Shown here in pieces: positions 50,010-58,158 of a stretch of DNA of 64,000 nucleotides. Made by a program: the position numbers and the translations under genes. Position 1 is the first letter of the stretch. The number at the start of each line of letters is the position of its first letter. The stretch lies in assembly GCA_041662665.1 (NCBI GenBank), contig JBAZSC010000001.1:1511-65510 (forward strand), read 5' to 3'. The stretch is from Patescibacteria group bacterium. GTDB taxonomy: Bacteria > Patescibacteriota > JABMPQ01 > JAQVVF01. The notes under the pieces were generated by a model. The model made no database searches, had not been told where the DNA came from, and saw nothing but the letters and a program-made list of their open reading frames with translations.

Positions 50010-50639
50010 GACGCCCTCCTAGTTTGAATCCTCACAATTTTGGAATAGTTTCCGACTTCCGAAGCTCTAAAGCTCCGACGTTCCAAAGCTGTGAGGATCC
50101 GGCAAAATATAAATAACAAAGTATTAAATAGATTGCCGAAAAAGAAAGGGTGCCCTATTTCAATACCGCTTGCGCAGTAAAGAAACAAAGCGTCCTAGAG
50201 TATATGCCATTTCACTGGCTAGCTAGTCAAAAACAAGGCGTTTTTGACGGATGCGCTAGCGAAGTGAAAAGTTCATAAAGTCCATAAAGCTATAAAGTAC
50301 GGAAAGCTGGCAAGCATCAGAATCAGTTCGTGGAAGAATCAGATATCAGAGTTCAACGCTCTGACGTTCAGACGCTCCGAAGTCCCGACGTTCCGAAGCT
50401 CCCACGCTCCCACGCTCCCACGTCCAACCTCCCAGGTTTTGTCCCAAAAAAATAGGACAAGCCAATATTTGAAAGAGTGATCAAATACTGACTTGTCCGA
50501 ATTTAGCTTCTTCAAGTTACTAGTTACTAGTAACTAGTAACTAGCTCGCTTGGATCTCACTCCAATATTTTGCTTTTTGCCACATTTCGTGACAATAAGC
50601 TATATTCACTTTTAAATAACAATTTTTATTGTATAATCT

Positions 50640-50668
50640 ATTATACGCTAGTATTGTTATTTTGTCAA
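50640..50668 (-). promoter_or_regulatory. perfect consensus sigma70 promoter driving cassette array 2
   Basis: TTGACA-aaataacaatactagcg(17)-TATAAT. Confidence 0.8.
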
Positions 50669-50804
50669 GGGTATTTCCAAAATATCAATTGTTTTTGGCT
50701 TATTTAAAGCAAATTAAAAATTAGATTTCTTATATATTTTACATAATAAATTATATACAATATATGCTTGATTTATTTTTGAAATGTATTAAAATAAGAA
50801 CTGA

Positions 50805-50875
50805 CGGGGTGTAGTATACCGGTAGTACACGTGCTTTGGGAGCATGTAGACAGGGTTCAATTCCCTGCACCCCGA
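50805..50875 (+). tRNA. tRNA-Pro(TGG)
   Basis: CGGGGTG acceptor stem, TT-TGG-GA loop. Confidence 0.92.
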
Positions 50876-50893
50876 AAATAATAACTAAATAAA

Positions 50894-51577
50894 ATGAAGT
50901 CTCTAAGCCTTCGGCAAGAAATAATTACTTACCGAAAAAGTGGCTATTCCTACGGGATGATTAGCAAAAAATTTGGTTTATCAAAAAGTACCCTTAGTAC
51001 CTGGCTTAAAGAGATTCCATATACACCTAATAAAGAAGTTATTGATAGAATTGGAAATGCTCGTATGCAATCTGCCACATCGAAGCACAATCAGATGATG
51101 GCTGATATACAAAAAATGAGAAAAGTTGCAAAGGATGAATTAGGAAAATTATCAAAAAGAGATTTATGGATGCTTGGAATCGGTCTTTACATAGGTGAAG
51201 GCAATAAAGCATATGAACAAATAAGATTAACCAATTCCGATCCAAAAATCATACTATTAGCATTAGAATGGTTTAGAACGTTTTGCAATCTTAAAGAAGA
51301 AAATTTTAGAATTAGAATACATATTTATCCAGACATAGTTCCTGATGAAGCACTTAAATATTGGTCAAAAATAACAGGTCTCGCTGAAAAAAATTTTGAT
51401 AAAATTCAAATTGATAGACGTACTAATAAAGTAGCCAAAAAAAGAAGAACGCTTCCATTCGGCACAATTCAAATAGTTATAAAAAGTAATGGTAAGAAAG
51501 AATTCGGAAAAAGTCTTCATCGAAGAATCATGGGTTGGATTGATAATTCTTTAGAACAAATAAATGTGCGGGTGTAA
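50894..51577 (+). CDS. HTH plus LAGLIDADG-like protein
   Basis: G-SY--IS--FGLSKSTLS-W; LGIGLYIGEG; NSDP; homolog of 27459..28130; stop inside tRNA-Gly. Confidence 0.78.
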   Translation: MKSLSLRQEIITYRKSGYSYGMISKKFGLSKSTLSTWLKEIPYTPNKEVIDRIGNARMQSATSKHNQMMADIQKMRKVAKDELGKLSKRDLWMLGIGLYIGEGNKAYEQIRLTNSDPKIILLALEWFRTFCNLKEENFRIRIHIYPDIVPDEALKYWSKITGLAEKNFDKIQIDRRTNKVAKKRRTLPFGTIQIVIKSNGKKEFGKSLHRRIMGWIDNSLEQINVRV

Positions 51578-51638
51578 TTTAATGGTAAAATATCTCTTTT
51601 CCAAAGAGATTACAGGAGTTCGATTCTCCTTACCCGCT
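51568..51638 (+). tRNA. tRNA-Gly(TCC)
   Basis: GCGGGTG acceptor stem, TT-TCC-AA loop. Confidence 0.9.
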
Positions 51639-51779
51639 TATTAAATATTAAAAATTTCAAATTTTAAAACAGCATTTAACTCGCTGTTTTTTATTAACAA
51701 AAAACATAATTAATAACATTTTCCATAAAATAATTATTATGTTATAATAATTCAAAAGACTACCATATCAAAAACAAAA

Positions 51780-53513
51780 ATGAATTTAACAAAAGAACAG
51801 CTTGTCCATATTCTAGTTGAGACTAAGATGATTGAGGAAACAAAGTTAGACGAGCTGATTGCAACAGCAAAAAAAGAAAATCAAAAAATTGAAAACGTTT
51901 TAATTTCATCTGGAATTATCAATGAAACTCTTTTATCGCAAAAATATGCTGAAAGTATCGGTGTGCCTTATGTAGATTTAACAAAGATTTCAGTTAGAAA
52001 AGATTTATTATTCCAAATTCCAGAAAGAATTGCTATCGCGAATAATGTTGTTATTTTTGATGAGTCAGAAGAAGGCATAAAAATCGCCATGACAGATCCA
52101 GAAGACTTGCAAACTATTGAATTTATCAAAAAACAAATTCCTGGAAAAAGACTTCAAGTTTATCTTGCTACAAAACAAGGAATGCTTTCAGTTTTAAAAC
52201 AATACAAAAAAGGTTTACAAGCTGAATTTAATGAAATAATTGATCAAAGTTTAGCAGCAACAAAAACTTCAGAAAAAGATTTAAAAAAAATGGCTGCCAA
52301 TCTTCCAATCGTTAGAATTGTTGATACTTTGTTAGAACATGCTGTTTTACAAAATGCCAGCGATATACATATTGAGCCATTAGAAAAAAAGGCAATAGTT
52401 CGTTATCGAATTGATGGCATTCTTCATGATGTTATCGTCTTGCCAAAAGAAATCATGCCAGGCATTGTTGCTAGAATAAAAATATTAGCTAATTTAAAAA
52501 TTGATGAACATCGTCTTCCTCAAGATGGACGTTTCAAAGTAGAAAAAGAAGGCTACAAATTTTCTTTTCGTGTTTCTATCTTGCCAGTCTTTGATGGTGA
52601 AAAAATAGTCATGCGTTTATTATCAGAATCTACTGAAGTTTTAACATTAGAACAACTTGGCTTGCAACACGATGCCTTAAAAAAAGTAAAACTCAACATT
52701 CAAAAACCATATGGAATGGTTTTGATCACAGGTCCAACAGGTTCAGGAAAGACTACTACTCTTTACGCCATTATGGGAATTTTAAATACTCCAGAAGTAA
52801 ATATTTCAACAATCGAAGATCCAATTGAATATCGAATGCCAAGAATTAGTCAAAGCCAAGTCAAACCAAAAATTGGCTTCACTTTTGCCAATGGACTTCG
52901 CGCTCTTCTTCGTCAAGATCCAGATATTATTATGGTTGGAGAAATCAGAGATACTGAAACAGCAGGAATGGCAATCAATTCTGCTTTAACTGGTCATCTT
53001 GTATTATCAACACTTCACACTAACGATGCCTCAAGTGCTCCAACTAGACTTATTGATATGGGTGCAAAACCATTTTTAGTTACTTCAACTTTGAATGTCG
53101 TCATTGCCCAACGTTTAGTCAGAAAAATTTGCACTAATTGTATTGAAAAATACAAACTAGACAAATCAATTATCAAGGTTTTAGATAAAGAATTTGGAAT
53201 TGACCATCTAATGGAAGCACTACTAAAAAGCAAAATTACCACAAAACCAAAACCAATTGAAGAAATAGAATTTTCCAGAGGCAAAGGCTGTGATCAATGC
53301 AATCAAGAAGGCTACAAAGGCAGAATCGGAATTTACGAAGTCTTCGAAACTTCTCCAAAGATCAATGAACTCATTTTAGCAGATGCTGAAACCTCCAAAA
53401 TAAGCAAACAAGCTCAAGATGAGGGAATGTTGACAATGGCTCAAGACGGTTTTGTCAAAGCAGTTACTGGGATCACTTCAATTGATGAAATACTCAAGGT
53501 TACTAAGGATTAA
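51780..53513 (+). CDS. pilB: type IV pilus assembly ATPase PilB/GspE
   Basis: ASDIHIEP, GPTGSGKTTT, TIEDPIEY, LRQDPD, GHLVLSTLH, CxxC zinc motifs. Confidence 0.95.
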   Translation: MNLTKEQLVHILVETKMIEETKLDELIATAKKENQKIENVLISSGIINETLLSQKYAESIGVPYVDLTKISVRKDLLFQIPERIAIANNVVIFDESEEGIKIAMTDPEDLQTIEFIKKQIPGKRLQVYLATKQGMLSVLKQYKKGLQAEFNEIIDQSLAATKTSEKDLKKMAANLPIVRIVDTLLEHAVLQNASDIHIEPLEKKAIVRYRIDGILHDVIVLPKEIMPGIVARIKILANLKIDEHRLPQDGRFKVEKEGYKFSFRVSILPVFDGEKIVMRLLSESTEVLTLEQLGLQHDALKKVKLNIQKPYGMVLITGPTGSGKTTTLYAIMGILNTPEVNISTIEDPIEYRMPRISQSQVKPKIGFTFANGLRALLRQDPDIIMVGEIRDTETAGMAINSALTGHLVLSTLHTNDASSAPTRLIDMGAKPFLVTSTLNVVIAQRLVRKICTNCIEKYKLDKSIIKVLDKEFGIDHLMEALLKSKITTKPKPIEEIEFSRGKGCDQCNQEGYKGRIGIYEVFETSPKINELILADAETSKISKQAQDEGMLTMAQDGFVKAVTGITSIDEILKVTKD

Positions 53514-53669
53514 AATCCTAAATCCTAAATCCTAAATAAATACAAATGACCAAAAATTAAAGGTCCAAAAGGTTTTGAAAATTTGGAATTTAGATTTTGA
53601 ATTTGTTTAGAAGTTAAAAGCGACCTTAGAAGCTTTTAACGAAATTAGTGCTTAGAATTTATTGAAGTT

Positions 53670-54887
53670 ATGCCAAAGTTTAGCTATCTAGCCAGAGATA
53701 ATCAAGGTAATATTAAAAGAGGCGAATTAATTGCGCCTAATGAAACATCCTTAGCAAAAGTTTTAAGAAGCAAAGGTCTTCTTTTAACGCACGCCGAAAG
53801 CGAACAAGCAAAAAAAGCCTTTTTTAATAAGAATATTTCAGGTTTTCTTGGAAAAATTACTATAACCGACAAAATTCTTTTCACTAGAAACATGCAAGTC
53901 ATGATTAAGGCTGGCTTGCCAATTTCTAAAGCACTAGAAATTCTTGTGAAACAGACATCCAAAAAAAATTTTAAAGCAATAATTTCTGATATCTCAAATA
54001 ATGTTCAAAAAGGTCGAAGTTTTGCAGATAGTTTAGCTCTTTATCCAAAAGTTTTTCCGCCATTATATGTTAATATGATTAAAGTTGGAGAAATTGGTGG
54101 AGAATTGGAAAAAGTATTAGACCAGCTTGCAACACAAATGAAAAAAGACAGCGATCTTTTATCTAACATAAAATCAGCAATGATCTATCCAGTAATTATC
54201 TTAACTTTAATGATTGCAGTAATTATTATCATGATTATCTTTGTATTGCCTGAACTTGCTAATGTTTTTCGAGATATCCAAGCTGATTTACCTCTTACAA
54301 CAAGAATGATTATTGGCTTCTCTGATTTTATCAGTAAATATGGAATTTATGTCGCTATCGGCATTGTCGCTTTAGGTTTTACAATCTATATAATTCTAAG
54401 AACAAAAGAAGGACACAGAAATTTTCACAAATTAATATTGATTATTCCAGTTTTGGGACCAAACGTAAAAAAAGTTAATCTTGCTCGTTTTGCTAGAACT
54501 ACTAGTACGTTGTTAACAAGTGGTGTTCCAATTATTAACACTTTAAATATTACTGGTGAAGTCTTAGGTAATGCTATGTATAAAGAAGCCGTACTTGCTG
54601 CTGGTTCTGAAGTTAAAAAAGGTTTGCGTTTAGTTGAAGTTTTAGACCAAAATAAAAAATTATTTCCTCCTCTTATTACACAAATGGTTGCTGTTGGCGA
54701 GGAAACAGGCAATTTAGACAATATTTTAAAAGACGTTGCTGATTTCTACGAAACTGATGTTACTCGCACTACAGAAAATTTATCTTCAATTATCGAACCT
54801 ATTTTAATGATAACTTTAGGAATCGGTGTCGCTGTCATGGCTGTTGCTATAGTTTCACCAATTTACTCGATGATGGAAAAGATCTAA
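53670..54887 (+). CDS. pilC: type IV pilus platform protein PilC/GspF
   Basis: Two T2SSF domains; AMIYP, VGEETG-LD, IEP. Confidence 0.94.
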   Translation: MPKFSYLARDNQGNIKRGELIAPNETSLAKVLRSKGLLLTHAESEQAKKAFFNKNISGFLGKITITDKILFTRNMQVMIKAGLPISKALEILVKQTSKKNFKAIISDISNNVQKGRSFADSLALYPKVFPPLYVNMIKVGEIGGELEKVLDQLATQMKKDSDLLSNIKSAMIYPVIILTLMIAVIIIMIIFVLPELANVFRDIQADLPLTTRMIIGFSDFISKYGIYVAIGIVALGFTIYIILRTKEGHRNFHKLILIIPVLGPNVKKVNLARFARTTSTLLTSGVPIINTLNITGEVLGNAMYKEAVLAAGSEVKKGLRLVEVLDQNKKLFPPLITQMVAVGEETGNLDNILKDVADFYETDVTRTTENLSSIIEPILMITLGIGVAVMAVAIVSPIYSMMEKI

Positions 54888-54986
54888 CGCTAATTCCTAA
54901 TTTCTAAACACTTTAGGGTTAACGATGTTTTAAAATTAAAGCATTAAAAATTTAATAAAAATTAGAAATTATAAATTGAAAATTAG

Positions 54987-57338
54987 TTGCAAAAAGACAA
55001 AAAATACAAAAAATTTGAGAAAGGATTCACATTAGTAGAAACATTAATCGCTCTCGCCATACTTGCTATTATTTCAGCAGGAATTTTTGGTATTTTTCAA
55101 GCTGTTAGCAAAAGTTCAAATATTTATGAAACAAGGACAGTTGCTACTGGATTAGCCAATGAACAAATGGAATTGATAAGAAATTTACCTTATCTTCAAG
55201 TTGGTACAACAGAAGGCTGGCCACAAGGTAATATTCCTTCAACTAGTCCTGCACGAAATATTAATAATGTTAATTATACTGTTCATACTGATGTTCAATA
55301 TGTTGATGATCAATTTGATGAATTAGCTCCAAATGATCCATATAATGCTGATTATAAAAAAGCTCGCGTTTGGGTGACTTGGGACACATATCCAAGTACA
55401 AATCCAGTAACACTTGTTACAACTATTGTTCCAAAAGGACAAGAATCAATTGAAAATGGCGGAACATTATCTTTACAAGTTTTTGATAATGTTGTTGCTC
55501 CTGTTTCTCAGGTTAGCGTACATATCGAAAACAAAAGTTTAATACCAAATATCGATATTAATACTCAAACAAATAGTCAAGGCGAGCTTGTTGTTCCAGC
55601 TTTGCCCGTTGATACTGGAAATAACTACTATATTAGAGTTAGCAAAACTGGTTACACTTCTGATTATACAGTTCCAATCACACAAGAGGATCCAAGTCCA
55701 ACATTGCCAAATCAATCAATTCAGCAAGGCACAATTACTGAAGTCAGCTTTACAATTGATAAAGTCAGCCGTTTGACAATCAATGCTACAGGTACGCAAG
55801 GCGGAGGAAGTTGGTGGGACGTTGGCTATCAATACCGAAAACAAATTACAGTTCACAATAATAGCGCAAATATTCTTCCAGCTCATTCAACAGTTGCCTT
55901 GAATTTAGACCATTATTCTTTAGTCCAAGCAAATAAATCATTAAGTAATGGCAATGATATCAGAATCGTATATTTTGATGGTTCAACTTGGCATGATTTA
56001 GATCGAATAAATTCAACAGATTGGAATCAGAATGGTACTGAAACAAAAATTTGGTTTGCAACTCAACAAGATATACAAGCTTCAGCATTATCTGACACTT
56101 ATTTCCTATATTATGATAATAGTTCAGCTTCAAATCCGAACACAAATTTAACTTCAATCTTCACACCAGAACGTGATAGTGATACAGCAGGATTATACTA
56201 TTTTGAAAATTCAGATGGTACAATAATTACGGATTCATCAGGAAATAATAACAATGGAACAGTAACAAATCCAAACTGGACAGCTGGTTTTAGCGGACAT
56301 TCATTATTATACGATTTACCATCAGCATATGCCGAAGTTTCTGTTGCTGATAATTCTTCATTAGATATAGAAGGCCAATTAACTTTAGAAGCTTGGGTCA
56401 ACCCAACATCAATCGCTGGAAATCAAACAATTATCGATCGTTTAAATGATTATGCCTTATGGTTAGACAATGGAATACCTTCATTTGGCGTTTTTGATCA
56501 AGTCGCTGGTTTAAAAAGCATTCAAGCAACAGATCCTGTCCCAACAGACACATGGTCATATGTCTCAGGCACTTATCTTCCAGGAAACATGAAAATTTTT
56601 GTAAACGGAGAAGAGAAAAATTCTAAAAGTGAAACAGTTACATATCTAGCAGTAAATTCATCGCCTTTGACAATAGGCAATGGCAATAACTTTGGTGAAA
56701 AATCTTCTCAATTTATCGGAAAAATTGATAGCGCTAGAATTTCCGATATTATCAGAGTTAATTTTCCATTTAGTTCTATTCCAGATACAAATTTAACTTT
56801 GGGTGAAGAAGAAAGCGTGATTGGCGCCAATCCAGTTGCTGGAATCAGCTTAAATATAGTAGGCGAAAGACCAATTGGACATGACGGAGAGGGCAATCCA
56901 ATCATCAGAAATAATTTTTTAAACCAAACAACTAATGCCTCAGGTCAATTAATCCTAACTGATATTGAATGGGATAAATATACAATTACTTTAGCTAGTG
57001 ATGGTTACGATTTAGCTGAAATTTCTCCTCCAAATCCAGTCAATATTACACCAAATGAAAATCAAGTTGTAACTTTAGTTTTGGTTCCTCACACTGACAA
57101 CAGTTTAAAGGTTACAGTTGTTGATAGTTCTAAAGATCCAATCAATCAAGCAACAGTTCATGTAACAAATAATGGATTTGATCAAACAAAAGCTACAGGC
57201 TCTGCAGGACAAGTATTTTTTAGCGCTTTAAATCCAGGCACATATAATATAGAAGTTACTAAAGATGGTTTTGAAACAATCACTACAACACAAGACGTTT
57301 CAGGTCAATCAAGCCGTGAAATAATTTTAGCACCGTAG
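54987..57338 (+). CDS. large prepilin-like protein with carboxypeptidase-regulatory-like, DUF2341-like and LamG-like domains
   Basis: KG|FTLVE class III signal; WW...YRKQITV and TLEAWV/W-YV-GTY/F-G-ID LamG motifs. Confidence 0.85.
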   Translation: MQKDKKYKKFEKGFTLVETLIALAILAIISAGIFGIFQAVSKSSNIYETRTVATGLANEQMELIRNLPYLQVGTTEGWPQGNIPSTSPARNINNVNYTVHTDVQYVDDQFDELAPNDPYNADYKKARVWVTWDTYPSTNPVTLVTTIVPKGQESIENGGTLSLQVFDNVVAPVSQVSVHIENKSLIPNIDINTQTNSQGELVVPALPVDTGNNYYIRVSKTGYTSDYTVPITQEDPSPTLPNQSIQQGTITEVSFTIDKVSRLTINATGTQGGGSWWDVGYQYRKQITVHNNSANILPAHSTVALNLDHYSLVQANKSLSNGNDIRIVYFDGSTWHDLDRINSTDWNQNGTETKIWFATQQDIQASALSDTYFLYYDNSSASNPNTNLTSIFTPERDSDTAGLYYFENSDGTIITDSSGNNNNGTVTNPNWTAGFSGHSLLYDLPSAYAEVSVADNSSLDIEGQLTLEAWVNPTSIAGNQTIIDRLNDYALWLDNGIPSFGVFDQVAGLKSIQATDPVPTDTWSYVSGTYLPGNMKIFVNGEEKNSKSETVTYLAVNSSPLTIGNGNNFGEKSSQFIGKIDSARISDIIRVNFPFSSIPDTNLTLGEEESVIGANPVAGISLNIVGERPIGHDGEGNPIIRNNFLNQTTNASGQLILTDIEWDKYTITLASDGYDLAEISPPNPVNITPNENQVVTLVLVPHTDNSLKVTVVDSSKDPINQATVHVTNNGFDQTKATGSAGQVFFSALNPGTYNIEVTKDGFETITTTQDVSGQSSREIILAP

Positions 57339-57438
57339 ATCTAATTAATTGTTAGATTTACATATTTTGCATACTATTTGTAAATTCCTGCCTATTGGCA
57401 GGCAGGCGTGCAAAATTAGTGAAAATTCGAGAAATTTT

Positions 57439-58050
57439 ATGTTTAAAATATTTAAAAAAGAAGCAGGCTTAACAGCTCTTGAAGTAGTCATTACTATCGG
57501 AATAATGGCATTAATTTCCGGAGCACTCTATGGCTTTGTTAGAGTTACCTTAAAAGCACAGCAAAAAAGTTTCGCTGATATCAAAGCAGGCGATGAAGCA
57601 AGAAAAGCAATTCTCTCACTTGCTGATAATCTTCGTGATACAATACAATCGTCAAGTGGTAGTTATCCAATACAAAACGCCGCAAATCAATCAATTACTT
57701 TTTTTTCAAATGTTGATCAAGATGACGAAGTTGAAAGAGTTCGATACTTTTTAGACGGAACTGATTTAAAAATTGGAACGATTGAACCACAAGGTGTTCC
57801 AGTAACTTATCCTGTTAATCAAGAAAAAATTAGAACAGTTGCACATTACATTCAAAATGGCGCTAATCCAATTTTTTATTATTTTGACAAAAATTATACT
57901 GGCACTCAAGCTGCAATAAATCCAAATAACGTTGGCGAAATTAGATTAATAAAAATCGTTGTCATCGTTGATGCCAACCCAAACAGTGCTCCTCCTGCTA
58001 CAACAATGGAAACAGAAGTTGGATTGAGGAATTTAAAAGACAATCTCTGA
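57439..58050 (+). CDS. minor pilin (PilW-like)
   Basis: AG|LTALE prepilin motif. Confidence 0.82.
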   Translation: MFKIFKKEAGLTALEVVITIGIMALISGALYGFVRVTLKAQQKSFADIKAGDEARKAILSLADNLRDTIQSSSGSYPIQNAANQSITFFSNVDQDDEVERVRYFLDGTDLKIGTIEPQGVPVTYPVNQEKIRTVAHYIQNGANPIFYYFDKNYTGTQAAINPNNVGEIRLIKIVVIVDANPNSAPPATTMETEVGLRNLKDNL

Positions 58051-58158
58051 AAAATTTTTAATTTCTAATTACTAATTTTTATTAAATTTATAATATCTAA
58101 TTATTAAACAACTGCGACAAGATAGTTTTGAAAATTTTAGCATTGAAAATTTAAAATT

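Larger units (their letters stand above)
48166..50139 (-). repeat. array of five conserved long hairpins (H1 48166-48207, H2 48656-48718, H3 48920-49015, H4 49684-49789, H5 50027-50099) separating GC-rich cargo ORFs
   Basis: Arms GATCCTCACAATTTTGGAA / TTCCAAAGCTGTG(G/A)GGATC with variable loops; 90-nt linker 48719-48809 identical to 49790-49880. Confidence 0.9.

Noticed and set aside
48166-50099. CRISPR array
   Set aside because: Inter-repeat segments are 200-670 nt, unequal and protein-coding; the repeats are long variable-loop hairpins; no cas genes in the window.
35634-50099. Classical integron attC sites
   Set aside because: No RYYYAAC/GTTRRRY core ends recognised and no IntI in the window; kept only as an analogy.
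48925-50188. ORF-track ORFs running through the hairpins (48925..49242, 49031..49249, 49304..49651, 49531..49776, 49976..50188)
   Set aside because: They translate repeat scaffold or the antisense strand of GC-rich cargo, and mostly lack an SD at their listed start.
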